Shown: positions 1 through 8,778, numbered from the stretch's first letter. The stretch: DNA of 29,323 nt from a virus (IMGVR_UViG_3300031566_000267:1-29323); one strand, 5' to 3'. A program made the numbers and translations. The notes: generated by a model from the letters alone, not told the origin.

Positions 1-915
1 ACTCTGTGAGAGCAGACGGTCGACGGCCTCGGCGAGTTCGTAGACGCCCATGCAGTCAGGGTCACCGTCGATCTCCGTGTCCCCAGGCTGGTTCTGGATC
101 CAGACGACGGGGCAGAACCCGAGCCCGTGCTGCACCGTCGCGGCGATCTTCCAGGAAGGGTTAGGGTTCGTCGGGTCGACGCGGACGGGCTCGAAGATCG
201 TGTCGGTCTTGGTGTCGATCACGCGCCGATACCAGAAGTCGACCTCGACCCACTCGCCGCTCTCACGATCCTGCACCTCGTGCTTGAACGTGTGCCTGTA
301 TTCGATCGAGCCGAGCAACAGGTTGGAACGATCGATGAACTTGGGGATGCACCAGCGCGAGTCGAAGACCTCGAACATCGGCCGACCGCTGACGAGCTTG
401 AACCCGACCACGGCTGTCCCAGTAGCGCCGCCGTAGGTCCGCGCCTGCATCATCGCTGGCCACAGGCGACCGACCTCGACGACCGCATTCACGAAGTCCT
501 CGGTCTGCTTGTCCCCCGCAACGGTGATCCGCGGGTGCCGCTTCTGGCCGAAGAGGAGCGACGTGAACCGATCGACGATCACCTTGCAGAGGTGGTACGG
601 CGTCGTAGGTCGGCGGAACTGGATCGGAAGCGTCTCGCTGTTCGCGATGTAGAACCCAGGCGGAACGTAGCCGGCCAGGGCGATCGAGTCGCGCTCGGAG
701 GAGCCGACCACCCGCGAACCATCCCACGCGACCCTGCGTGGGGCGTACTGCTCGCAGCGGTAGTGGGCCCACCGCTTGTCCAGCGTCTGCTGCCGCGGCG
801 AGAGGCTGAGCTTGCCTACACGCCCTGGATTGGAGGAGTCGGTGTCGTCACCAATGCCGAGCTGAGCAGCGGCAGCAACCGCGGCGGCGGTGCCCCCATA
901 TCCAGTGAGTGCCAT
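1..915 (-). CDS. Phage portal protein (SPP1 gp6-like), 3' end outside window
   Basis: Not in ORF track; my translation from ATG 915 is open to base 1 (MALTGYGG...YHLCKVIVDRFTSLLFG...HGLGFCPVVWIQN...AVDRLLSQS), resembling SPP1-type portals; downstream of terL. Confidence 0.8.
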   Translation of the reverse strand, partial: MALTGYGGTAAAVAAAAQLGIGDDTDSSNPGRVGKLSLSPRQQTLDKRWAHYRCEQYAPRRVAWDGSRVVGSSERDSIALAGYVPPGFYIANSETLPIQFRRPTTPYHLCKVIVDRFTSLLFGQKRHPRITVAGDKQTEDFVNAVVEVGRLWPAMMQARTYGGATGTAVVGFKLVSGRPMFEVFDSRWCIPKFIDRSNLLLGSIEYRHTFKHEVQDRESGEWVEVDFWYRRVIDTKTDTIFEPVRVDPTNPNPSWKIAATVQHGLGFCPVVWIQNQPGDTEIDGDPDCMGVYELAEAVDRLLSQS

Positions 916-921
916 GTGGCC

Positions 922-927
922 AGCCTA
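922..927 (-). promoter_or_regulatory. Putative -10 element TAGGCT, 6 nt before portal ATG
   Basis: TAGGCT-GGCCAC-ATG; same hexamer and spacing at 2158-2163 and 8779-8784. Confidence 0.5.
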
Positions 928-948
928 CAACGGAGGGCAGGGTGTGGG

Positions 949-1209
949 CTACGACTTGCGAGGCTTGCGCTCGACGCGCCCAGCTTGGTCATCGGCCAGC
1001 GCCCGGTCCAGCGGCGACTTCACTGGAGGGGTCGGGGCGGTTGCAGGCCCTGGGGCCACAAGCTGGAGCACCACCTCCATGTCCGCGACGTACTTCGCAG
1101 CGTAGATGGTGGGCGGCTGCCCACCAACACCGACTGAAGCGATGACTTCCTTGTAATAGGCGACGTCCTTGACGATCTGGGACAGGCGCTCATCGTGGGC
1201 GTTGGGCAT
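949..1209 (-). CDS. Hypothetical protein
   Basis: ORF MPNAHDERLSQIVKD... in gene chain; start uncertain (1209 or 1227). Confidence 0.55.
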   Translation of the reverse strand: MPNAHDERLSQIVKDVAYYKEVIASVGVGGQPPTIYAAKYVADMEVVLQLVAPGPATAPTPPVKSPLDRALADDQAGRVERKPRKS

Positions 1210-1450
1210 CGAGGATTTTCCCTTCAAGTTCGACGAACCACTCTGGTTGGTCGGTCAGGAGATGGACGCGGGCTCCATCGCTCGAGGCGTAGTACCACAC
1301 CACGTCCACCTCCCCAAGGCTGGTTAGGATCTGGACACGCTCGAAGGTCACGAAGGCGACCGAGACCGCATAGAGCGCGCCCCCCAGCTTGCCTCCTCGC
1401 ACGTTGATGGGGAGCTTGAGGTCCGCGATCTGCTGCGGCGTAAGCGGCAT
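1190..1450 (-). CDS. Hypothetical protein
   Basis: ATG 1450 overlaps amidase stop (TGATG); MPLTPQQIADLKLP... Confidence 0.6.
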   Translation of the reverse strand: MPLTPQQIADLKLPINVRGGKLGGALYAVSVAFVTFERVQILTSLGEVDVVWYYASSDGARVHLLTDQPEWFVELEGKILDAQRPR

Positions 1451-2151
1451 CAGTATTTGATCCCAACACGGCGTGGGTCCCACGCCTCTGGAATTGGGTA
1501 GCCGTCGTTCAGCTTGAAGCCTTTCCCTCCGTCTGTCAGTCCGAGCTCAGCCGACATGGCAAGGGCGACCTCCTTCCAGATCGCAGATCCAGGGTCATTG
1601 CGGCGAGTGCTGCTCGACTGGCGATGCGCCACGAGCGCGCGGCAGTCCGCCCCCCTACCAGTCAAGGTGTCGTCGATCCATCGGATGGTCTGCTTGGATG
1701 CCATGACTGTCTCAGATGTCAGCGCGAGCCCGCGCTCGCGAGTTGGGGTGCTGGGATCATCCCAGACTGTCGACGGGTCGCCGTCCACACCGGCGTAGAG
1801 CCCGTCGATCTCGATGCCAACAGTGCCGGCGTTCCAGCCATTGCCGTGAACGACCAAGCGATTGAAGTCGTGGAGCCAGATGACCTTGCCAGACCTGGTG
1901 ACGCCGACGTGGGCGCCGACGGTGTCCCATCGCTCAGGCCTCTCGCCAAGAACACAAGCGGTCTGGTGCAGGCAGATGCCAGTGACCTGCGCCCACGGCC
2001 GATCACGGACCTTCCACTTGCCTCCAGGTCCGTGCGCCTGTGCGGCGGTCTTGCGGCGGTCGTGGAACTCGACACCAGGCATCGAGGGCGCTGGTGTTGG
2101 TAGTGCGAGCCTGCCCTTGAGGAGGTTGATCAGCGTGTCGAGCCACGTCAT
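1450..2151 (-). CDS. N-acetylmuramoyl-L-alanine amidase (Amidase_2-like endolysin)
   Basis: ICLHQT, AHVGV, HGNGWNAGTVGIEIDG, AHR...NDPG zinc-amidase motifs. Confidence 0.85.
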   Translation of the reverse strand: MTWLDTLINLLKGRLALPTPAPSMPGVEFHDRRKTAAQAHGPGGKWKVRDRPWAQVTGICLHQTACVLGERPERWDTVGAHVGVTRSGKVIWLHDFNRLVVHGNGWNAGTVGIEIDGLYAGVDGDPSTVWDDPSTPTRERGLALTSETVMASKQTIRWIDDTLTGRGADCRALVAHRQSSSTRRNDPGSAIWKEVALAMSAELGLTDGGKGFKLNDGYPIPEAWDPRRVGIKY

Positions 2152-2157
2152 CCACAG

Positions 2158-2163
2158 AGCCTA
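2158..2163 (-). promoter_or_regulatory. Putative -10 element TAGGCT, 6 nt before amidase ATG
   Basis: TAGGCT-CTGTGG-ATG; the TAG is also the upstream gene's stop. Confidence 0.45.
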
Positions 2164-2367
2164 GCTCTTTTCCTGCCGCAGCGGAACCAAGGCCATCGCG
2201 GGGTCGAAGGAGCCGGACATCAGTGCCATCACGAACTGCTGAGGGTTGACGTGCCACTCAGCGCATAGGCTCGCGACGAGGTGGACGAGCACGTTCAACA
2301 CGAGCTCAGGCTCCTCGCCATGTATGGCTAAGCCGAGCTTCTCCATCATGCGGTCGACGTCGTTCAT
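2161..2367 (-). CDS. Hypothetical protein
   Basis: 68 aa ORF with AAGGAG RBS. Confidence 0.65.
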   Translation of the reverse strand: MNDVDRMMEKLGLAIHGEEPELVLNVLVHLVASLCAEWHVNPQQFVMALMSGSFDPAMALVPLRQEKS

Positions 2368-2377
2368 AGGTGCTCCT

Positions 2378-2938
2378 TCACATCAGATCTCGAATGAGGA
2401 TGATCGCGGCCTCCAGGCCGTCGTCCTCGAACATCGCCTGTGTCATCGCGCTCGAAGCAGCGGCGCGGATGATCTTCGCGCGAAGCTGGATGGGGATGAC
2501 AAGAATGTAATCAGCCGGGAGGCCCTCGGCGACTCGTCGGCGCGCACCACGTGTGCCCACACGCTTCGACTTGTGACCGCAGCCGAGCTTGGTGATCAGG
2601 GCCTGGTCCTCCATCAGCCGACGGGCCATCGTACAAGCCCACTGCGGTGCGATGGGGCTGGGCATCACAGTCTCGACGGCAGTGTACTCGACGCCATGCT
2701 TACCTGGGACCGGGCCGCCCCAGCTCTTCGACAGGAACGGTAGCTGTTTGACCACGCCAGCGTGCCGAAGTACATCGGTGTCTCTGCCCGGCCAGCGGTA
2801 TCCATGATCGTACATCCACCGCCGACTCCTCCTATCGACGCACTGCGGCTTGTGCTCACCGTGATTCGCGAAGTCGCGCGCGCGCATCTCGACGCCACAC
2901 CACGAACACTCGCGTGTGAATTCGTTCTTGCGGCTCAC
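2378..2938 (-). CDS. Hypothetical protein with N-terminal CxxC/His-Cys putative zinc finger
   Basis: CSWC...H..H..C; GTGA overlap with upstream gene. Confidence 0.6.
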   Translation of the reverse strand: MSRKNEFTRECSWCGVEMRARDFANHGEHKPQCVDRRSRRWMYDHGYRWPGRDTDVLRHAGVVKQLPFLSKSWGGPVPGKHGVEYTAVETVMPSPIAPQWACTMARRLMEDQALITKLGCGHKSKRVGTRGARRRVAEGLPADYILVIPIQLRAKIIRAAASSAMTQAMFEDDGLEAAIILIRDLM

Positions 2939-3312
2939 ACACCACCGCAGTCACACCGAACGGTTCGGCGAGAGATGACCGTCGCACAGTGGGCCGCATG
3001 CGGATACATTGAAGTCATGCTGTCATCATCACCATCGTGTGCGAGGCGCGACGCTGCGATCTCGGTGAGAAGCTCCTCCATCTTCGAGGTTTGCGAATCG
3101 ATCGCGACGCGCGTTCGCATCGAGGCGTCAGCGATGGTGAGCTGAAGCTGGGCGTTGCCAGGTGGGTTGCAGAACCAGCTCGCTGTCGTGACGCCGGGGA
3201 TCTCGTATCGGTACTCTGATTTGCCCCCAGCCGACACGGCCAAGTAGACGTGGGTGCCGCCACTGGTGCCGTCGGATACGATCTCCACCCATGATCGAAA
3301 AAGCTCTGCCAT
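2935..3312 (-). CDS. Hypothetical protein
   Basis: 125 aa ORF right after promoter motif; C-terminal H..HC...CDC. Confidence 0.65.
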   Translation of the reverse strand: MAELFRSWVEIVSDGTSGGTHVYLAVSAGGKSEYRYEIPGVTTASWFCNPPGNAQLQLTIADASMRTRVAIDSQTSKMEELLTEIAASRLAHDGDDDSMTSMYPHAAHCATVISRRTVRCDCGGV

Positions 3313-3318
3313 AACCTA

Positions 3319-3348
3319 TGCCTTGTTAGGGGCGGTGCAAGTTCCTAC
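3319..3348 (-). promoter_or_regulatory. Bipartite promoter motif copy 1
   Basis: GTAGGAAC-N14-ACAAGGCA-N6-ATG(3312). Confidence 0.75.
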
Positions 3349-3635
3349 TACCTGCACCCAACCTGTCGATCATTGTCGATGAGGAGCGCGCTCAGCCCAA
3401 CAGGGCACCACACGCGGATGGGGAGCCGGATGTCTGGGTCGTCAGGGCACTCGGTGCCATCGCGCACGCACCGATCGATCTCACCCTGGTCCAGACGACA
3501 CCATGTCGATCCGTGTGGTGGTGTTCCAGCGGCGAACCAACCACACGGGCACTCGGCCGTCGATGGTTGGACGAACGTGGTAGCGAGACGGAGAAGACCG
3601 CACGAGATCCAGAGGATGAGTGTCATGTGCGCCAC
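3348..3635 (-). CDS. Small Cys-rich protein with hydrophobic N-terminus
   Basis: 8 Cys in ~92 aa, signal-peptide-like start (ATG 3626 alternative). Confidence 0.5.
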   Translation of the reverse strand: MAHMTLILWISCGLLRLATTFVQPSTAECPCGWFAAGTPPHGSTWCRLDQGEIDRCVRDGTECPDDPDIRLPIRVWCPVGLSALLIDNDRQVGCR

Positions 3636-3641
3636 CCTACG

Positions 3642-4142
3642 TCACCGTCTCGGCATTCGCACGCGCTCGTACTTGTAGTGGCCTGGGTCTCCGGTCCTGG
3701 TGAAGACGCCCTGTGTGACGAGACGCGCGAGGTGTCTTGACACCGTGCGGTAGGTCAGCGTGCCGTAGTCACCGATCACCATCGACGCGATGTCGCCAAG
3801 CATGTAGGCGATGCCTGGCGACGTCATGGCCAAGATCGACTCCTCGATTGCCTCACGCTGTTCGCACGCGCTTGAAGCTGCATCCTGTGTCTTCGGAACC
3901 TTGTGGTCCGCGAGGTGGCAGCCCTTGATGTCCTGATACTTGGGGATCAGATACTTGCGCCAGTCGGCCGGCAGCATCTCCCACCGCGGGTCGAGTAGCA
4001 GGAGGGTCTGCATCAGCCGGTGCGCATCCTTGATCCCGATCCGCATCTCCATCCCACGCGCACCAACGATCAACACACGCCTGCGCTTGCGGTTCGGGTC
4101 GAACACGAACATGGCCGCCTTGTCGACACGGCGCACGGTCAT
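3642..4142 (-). CDS. Hypothetical protein with C-terminal winged-helix-like motif
   Basis: TYRTVSRHLARLVTQGVFTRTG; ATGA overlap with upstream gene. Confidence 0.6.
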   Translation of the reverse strand: MTVRRVDKAAMFVFDPNRKRRRVLIVGARGMEMRIGIKDAHRLMQTLLLLDPRWEMLPADWRKYLIPKYQDIKGCHLADHKVPKTQDAASSACEQREAIEESILAMTSPGIAYMLGDIASMVIGDYGTLTYRTVSRHLARLVTQGVFTRTGDPGHYKYERVRMPRR

Positions 4143-5290
4143 GAATCCTCCGAGATAGCGAGGTCGAGAAGCTCGAGCGCTGCCTCGGCTTCCTTACGCG
4201 AAGCGATGGTCTCGTTGATGGATCGAGTGTGGGCGTCGTTGGCGTCGCACAACACGGCGTGGGTTCGCTTCTCCTCTGCGGCTGCCTGGTGGGCGAGTAG
4301 ACGCGCGCGACCATACGCCTCAGCGAGCTCGGTGACAGTGCTCTGTTCGACGAACACGCGCCGACACGCAGGGCAAATCCAGTGATCGCCTTCAGGTACC
4401 AAGTCGCGTCCGCCGCCGCACGGGCATCGGATGGAGTCTCCGTGGTTGCGACCTCTCACGATCTTGGTGATGGTCTCGTTGATGGATCGAGGAAGCCGAG
4501 GCAGCGTGACCGGAGGGGGCGCCGCCGCAATCGCTCCGCAGATCGAGCACTGACGCCGCCCGGTCGCTGGACTATTGGAGCCGAGGTCAGCAACCTGCCA
4601 CCGATGGTCCGTGTAGGTCGGGCAGCGGATGATCTCCACAGGACGTTCGCGCTCAGCCTCGCTTTGCTCGATGGCCATCTCGAGCATGGTGTCGACTGAA
4701 CTGGCGCGAGGCGCGCCCGGGACCGGTCCTGGCATCTCCATGTCCTTCGACACAGGGCGCTTGATCGCGCCGGTCTCGACGCCGGCCTTGAGCTCAGGGA
4801 GCACCGTGTAGAGCTTGTCTAGGTTGACCTGGATCGGCATCGCGTTGTCGCGCTCCCAGTATCCAACGGCCCCTCCTGTCAGCCCAAGCACCTCACCGAG
4901 CTCGTCCTGCGTGACCTCGTTCTCCTCGCGCACGCGACGCAAGCCAGCCCCGAACGACTCTGGTGGCGGACGTAGGTCCGCGCCGATCTTGTCGAGACGC
5001 TCGTTCTCGCGGCGAGCATGCCCTTGGTACTCCTCGCGCTCAGGGGCGTCCTCCCCTGTCACGATCTCGTCGGCGAACGTGCCCCACTCTGGGATGTGGG
5101 GGGCAACCCGGCGGAGCATGGTCACGAGGCGCTTGAACTGTTGACGGCTGGGGATGGCCTCGCCGCGCTCCCACCTCTTGACGACATTCTCGCCGACACC
5201 ACACCGGTCGGCCACAGTGCGACGGTCTATCTGCATGCGGGCCCGCTCGCGCATGAGGGCGTCGTGGAAGGTGATCGCTGGGGTGTTCAT
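4139..5290 (-). CDS. Transcription regulator: two XRE/Cro HTH domains plus two zinc-ribbon-like motifs
   Basis: RRTVADRCGVGENVVKRWERG and TQDELGEVLGLTGGAVGYWERD; C...H...CSIC and CPC...CPAC; start moved to ATG 5290 behind promoter motif. Confidence 0.75.
   Translation of the reverse strand: MNTPAITFHDALMRERARMQIDRRTVADRCGVGENVVKRWERGEAIPSRQQFKRLVTMLRRVAPHIPEWGTFADEIVTGEDAPEREEYQGHARRENERLDKIGADLRPPPESFGAGLRRVREENEVTQDELGEVLGLTGGAVGYWERDNAMPIQVNLDKLYTVLPELKAGVETGAIKRPVSKDMEMPGPVPGAPRASSVDTMLEMAIEQSEAERERPVEIIRCPTYTDHRWQVADLGSNSPATGRRQCSICGAIAAAPPPVTLPRLPRSINETITKIVRGRNHGDSIRCPCGGGRDLVPEGDHWICPACRRVFVEQSTVTELAEAYGRARLLAHQAAAEEKRTHAVLCDANDAHTRSINETIASRKEAEAALELLDLAISEDS
4205..4491. repeat. 23-bp exact direct repeat (4205-4227, 4469-4491)
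   Basis: gatggtctcgttgatggatcgag twice, 264 nt apart; both encode RSINETI. Confidence 0.85.
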
Positions 5291-5296
5291 GCTCGC

Positions 5297-5326
5297 AGCC
5301 TTGTCAGGGCCGGGGCGCGTTCCTAC
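5297..5326 (-). promoter_or_regulatory. Bipartite promoter motif copy 2
   Basis: GTAGGAAC-N14-ACAAGGCT-N6-ATG(5290); TAG is the terL stop. Confidence 0.75.
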
Positions 5327-6786
5327 CTGCGGTTGAAGTCGACGGAGGTGTGGTTCTCGATGGCGCGAACACCAAGCCGGGCACCCTCGCGGGCGAACCA
5401 CGAGGCCATCAAACGATCACCAGTGTGGGCTGCTGGTGAGTAGAACAGCATCTCGTCTACCCACAGCGCGACCTCTGGTGCCATCTTGCCGTTGTGGTTG
5501 GGGATGCGCCACTTCCCTTGAGACATCTCCGTCGCGAGGGACTCGATCCCGAACTCGGGGTGTGCCTTGTTCCGGCCAGTCGTGAACGGGATGATCGGCA
5601 CTGCGCTGCCTGCCACAGCGAACTGACGGATGTAATCCTGGGCGGCGTTGTTCTCGACGATGACGATGGACTGGTACCGCTGGTGTGCTTGGTTGATCTT
5701 CTGAACGATCTCCGGCCCGGCGAGCTTCGCGGCTTCGATGTTGAGGACGTTCCGGTTGCCGTGAGGGTCGATGGCGATCGTGAACAGGACGGTCCAGTCG
5801 TTGGCGTCCCGCTGCTGGACGGCAAGGTCAACGCCGGTGTAGGTACGGTACCCAGGCGGCAGGACGTGCAGGGCCGATGCGAGCGACGTGCCCTCTCCGA
5901 GTCGGAGGCCGATCTCGATCCAGTCCCGCTTGAAGCGCGCGGTGCTGTCATCGCGAGCTTCACACATGAGCTGGCGCTGTGCCTCGATGGGGCCGAGCTC
6001 CTGCACCTTCTTCGCGATGCGCTCGAGAGACCATCGCTCAGCCCAACGCGGGTGCCCATCTGCATCCACAACCGGGTACCGGTACGCCGCCCAGCCTGAT
6101 CGCGCGAAGTGGTGGTACAGGTCCTGCGGATGGAAGGCCGTGCCGACGCCGCGCATCCGCCCACCCTCAACGATGCGGCCGAGGACGGTCGACGCGACCC
6201 ACTCGATCAGTCCCTTGCGTTGGTCCTGGGTCTGGGTGTTCTCGTAGTCAAGCACGTCGTCGAACAGGACGCGGTCGAGGCGAGCGCCGAGGATGTTGCC
6301 GTGGACACCGGCGGTCTGAACAGACGGGTCCTTGGAGATGGTTGGTCGCTTGACGCTGAAGGCGTTGGAGCCCCACGGCTCACCAGGCTGGAGGTTGGGG
6401 AAGACATCTCGCAGGTCAGACGAGGTCTCGATGTACCGACGGATCGAATCGGCGAGCTTGCCCGCCTGCGTCTTGGTGTTCGACAGGACGAGGTTACGGA
6501 GCGACGGGTCGCGGCCGAGCTCGAACAACGTGCGAGCGATCGAGAGCTGCTGGGTCTTGCCCGACTCGATGTGGGCCCAGATGAGGAGCCGGTCGTGCTC
6601 GTCCGCCAGCTTGTGCCACGCGTGGTGCGTGGGTGCTTGGATGACAGGCGCACCGGTGAGCTCGTCCTTGAGGACTACCTCGCAGAAGACGTTGATGTCT
6701 GTGCGGGCGAGGCGTACCAGGAGCGCGCGGCGAGCACGCGCCTCACGGATGAGCTGGGACCTACTGACCTGCGACCGAACGAGCAC
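5323..6786 (-). CDS. terL: Terminase large subunit
   Basis: Walker A ESGKT, Walker B VLFDD, GTAFH, nuclease motifs GVDLA, NDWT, GDRLMA. Confidence 0.9.
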   Translation of the reverse strand: MLVRSQVSRSQLIREARARRALLVRLARTDINVFCEVVLKDELTGAPVIQAPTHHAWHKLADEHDRLLIWAHIESGKTQQLSIARTLFELGRDPSLRNLVLSNTKTQAGKLADSIRRYIETSSDLRDVFPNLQPGEPWGSNAFSVKRPTISKDPSVQTAGVHGNILGARLDRVLFDDVLDYENTQTQDQRKGLIEWVASTVLGRIVEGGRMRGVGTAFHPQDLYHHFARSGWAAYRYPVVDADGHPRWAERWSLERIAKKVQELGPIEAQRQLMCEARDDSTARFKRDWIEIGLRLGEGTSLASALHVLPPGYRTYTGVDLAVQQRDANDWTVLFTIAIDPHGNRNVLNIEAAKLAGPEIVQKINQAHQRYQSIVIVENNAAQDYIRQFAVAGSAVPIIPFTTGRNKAHPEFGIESLATEMSQGKWRIPNHNGKMAPEVALWVDEMLFYSPAAHTGDRLMASWFAREGARLGVRAIENHTSVDFNRR

Positions 6787-6793
6787 CAGCTCG

Positions 6794-6799
6794 ACCCTA
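6794..6799 (-). promoter_or_regulatory. Putative extended -10 element (TGC-TAGGGT) 7 nt before terL GTG
   Basis: TGCTAGGGT-CGAGCTG-GTG; no SD visible. Confidence 0.4.
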
Positions 6800-6815
6800 G
6801 CACGCGACCAGCGCG

Positions 6816-7358
6816 CTATAGGGGTTCAGCCAACAGCGTAGCGGCCACCTGCCAGAGCTCAAGCGCGTCTTGGTCGATGTCGGTACCGTCAACCAGGACC
6901 CCATGCCACTCTAGGATGTCGGCCACAGCCTGACCGAGCTGGAAGCCGCTCTCGATGGAGAGCGCGATCAGCGAGCTGTTCCTGGACTGGTCCTCCGGCC
7001 AGGAGTCGCGGTTGTCGAACGACCGTGCCATCGCGGCTTCGATGTTGAGGACCCTCCGGTAGTGGTCGGGGACAACCTCAATGAAGTACAGCATCCGCTC
7101 GACAACCCAGCGCACCTGCGCCTGGGTGAACAGAGGCCGGACCAAGAGCGGCATGCCCGCCGTCGCGCGGTGCTCGATGTAGAACGGCTGGCGTGCCCAG
7201 ACCTTGCGGCCCTGAGCCTCATCCCAGACGAGGTAGTTCCGCTTGGACCAAAGCTGCTCGTCGCGGATGCCGTATCGCGGCTTCGATGTTGAGGACCCTC
7301 CGGTAGTGGTCGGGGACATGAGCGCAACGGTTACTCTTGTGGGACAGGTTGCCTTCAT
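6816..7358 (-). CDS. Hypothetical protein containing an internal 45-bp duplication
   Basis: ATG 7358 lies 2 nt after upstream stop; ORF open to 6816. Confidence 0.6.
   Translation of the reverse strand: MKATCPTRVTVALMSPTTTGGSSTSKPRYGIRDEQLWSKRNYLVWDEAQGRKVWARQPFYIEHRATAGMPLLVRPLFTQAQVRWVVERMLYFIEVVPDHYRRVLNIEAAMARSFDNRDSWPEDQSRNSSLIALSIESGFQLGQAVADILEWHGVLVDGTDIDQDALELWQVAATLLAEPL
7030..7318. repeat. 45-bp exact direct repeat (7030-7074, 7274-7318); 28/30 partial copy at 5727-5756
   Basis: atcgcggcttcgatgttgaggaccctccggtagtggtcggggaca twice. Confidence 0.9.
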
Positions 7359-7360
7359 GG

Positions 7361-7783
7361 TTACCCAACCTTCTTGGCGAGCCACTCCGCCGTATCGACG
7401 TACTCAACCTTGCAGAACCGCGCACCCTTCTTCACCAGAATCGCCCCACCTCCGAAATTGTCGGGGCGCGGTGAGCTACAGGTGTAGGCATAGGTGAAGC
7501 CGACATGGGTCAGCTTGGTTCCCGACTCCAGAAGGAACTTCTTGAGAATCTGGACCACCTGCTCAGTGTCGCCGGTCTCCGTGGCGTAGATGACCACGTC
7601 ATCATCGCCCTCGAATTCGTACTCGAATCCGACGCAGCGGTCCTCGACATCTTCGCAGTCACTGATCTGATCGAGGGTCCAGAAGCCCACGGGCTTCTCG
7701 TCGAAGAACTTGCGGAGCCAGGTGCGCTCCTTCTTGGAACGCAGTGGGATCAGGAATGAGAATTGGAAGTAGTTGTTTGCCAC
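7361..7783 (-). CDS. Hypothetical phage protein
   Basis: 140 aa, AAAGGA RBS; MANNYFQFS...YAYTCSSPRPDNFGGGA. Confidence 0.75.
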   Translation of the reverse strand: MANNYFQFSFLIPLRSKKERTWLRKFFDEKPVGFWTLDQISDCEDVEDRCVGFEYEFEGDDDVVIYATETGDTEQVVQILKKFLLESGTKLTHVGFTYAYTCSSPRPDNFGGGAILVKKGARFCKVEYVDTAEWLAKKVG

Positions 7784-7812
7784 GGTTCAGGATCCTTTGT
7801 TCGGGCTGGCCA

Positions 7813-7959
7813 TCACGGAGCCGCCCACGCAACGAGAAGACCCCAAGCGACACCGAGGGCTACGTGCCATAGCAGACGACGCCTGCGTGAGCGCGCGACG
7901 TCACGCTGGTCGGCCATCACGCGGAGGGTCGGTGGTCTAGTTCGGACCATGGTCGTCAT
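7813..7959 (-). CDS. Small membrane protein
   Basis: ATG 7959 follows promoter motif; RRRR then C-terminal hydrophobic helix. Confidence 0.5.
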   Translation of the reverse strand: MTTMVRTRPPTLRVMADQRDVARSRRRRLLWHVALGVAWGLLVAWAAP

Positions 7960-8197
7960 CGCGGGCTGCCTTGTCGAACCGGTCAGCCCATTCCGACACG
8001 CGCCTACGATTCCGGGCGAGCTGTGGCCCAACCTCTCGGTCGATCAGTTCGCAGAGCTGGTCCTCTGCGACCACCCGGCGTTTGCGCTCGTAGCGCTCCC
8101 GCTCGAGGGCGTCTTCGAGTCGGCCCTTGAGGTGGACGATCATCAGGAACGCGACCGTGACCGCGCCGAGGCAGGCGGAGCAGACGACCCACATCAC
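7937..8197 (-). CDS. Small protein, N-terminal TM helix plus charged helical region
   Basis: WVVCSACLGAVTVAFLMIV; overlaps upstream stop. Confidence 0.6.
   Translation of the reverse strand: MMWVVCSACLGAVTVAFLMIVHLKGRLEDALERERYERKRRVVAEDQLCELIDREVGPQLARNRRRVSEWADRFDKAARDDDHGPN
7967..7997 (-). promoter_or_regulatory. Bipartite promoter motif copy 3 (inside CDS)
   Basis: GTCGGAAT-N15-ACAAGGCA-N7-ATG(7959). Confidence 0.65.
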
Positions 8198-8772
8198 CGA
8201 TGCCCCCAGGTCCGTGCGCGCTGGTCGACCGAGGCATAGCGGTACGCGTCCTGCTTGGCGTACGCCTGCTTCTCGAACGGGATCTTCATGTACGCCGGTC
8301 GCCAGTCGAACACCTGGGATCCACGCCCTGTGACCTTGGCCCAGACCCAGCGGGTGAGCTCAGGGGCTGCGTACCAGAAGAACGTCGCACCGTAGACGAG
8401 GGCGAACGCAGCCCCGCCGGCGGTCAGCCCGACCACGGCCCCGAGCACCGGACGGTCGGCCGAGAGGGGGACCAGGGCCAGCGGCACACCGGCCACCGCG
8501 AACACCATCTCCTGCACGACGTGCCCGAACTCATGGACCCGGAGGTCACTGCGGTCGCGCTCTGCCTCAGACGAGAACCCGACGATCCACGACCAGCCCT
8601 GGCCCCCTGGGTTGCCGATCATCGTGCGTCGAGCGATGAACGTGAGCACGCCCGCGCGCCACGCCCACCGGTGAGCTCGGCACCAGAGCACCGCGTACAG
8701 GAAGGCTATCAGCGCGTTCGCCGCGAGCAGTGGGTAGCCGAGGACGAGGAGCCAGCGCCAGGTTCGGGACAT
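8194..8772 (-). CDS. Membrane protein with HExxH zinc-metallopeptidase motif
   Basis: HEFGH, downstream PFEKQAY, about 3 hydrophobic segments. Confidence 0.65.
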   Translation of the reverse strand: MSRTWRWLLVLGYPLLAANALIAFLYAVLWCRAHRWAWRAGVLTFIARRTMIGNPGGQGWSWIVGFSSEAERDRSDLRVHEFGHVVQEMVFAVAGVPLALVPLSADRPVLGAVVGLTAGGAAFALVYGATFFWYAAPELTRWVWAKVTGRGSQVFDWRPAYMKIPFEKQAYAKQDAYRYASVDQRARTWGHR

Positions 8773-8778
8773 CGGGCG

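Noticed and set aside
7030-7318. 45-bp repeats as CRISPR array or DGR template/variable repeat
   Set aside because: Only two identical copies 244 nt apart, no spacers or cas genes, no adenine-specific mismatches, no reverse transcriptase in window
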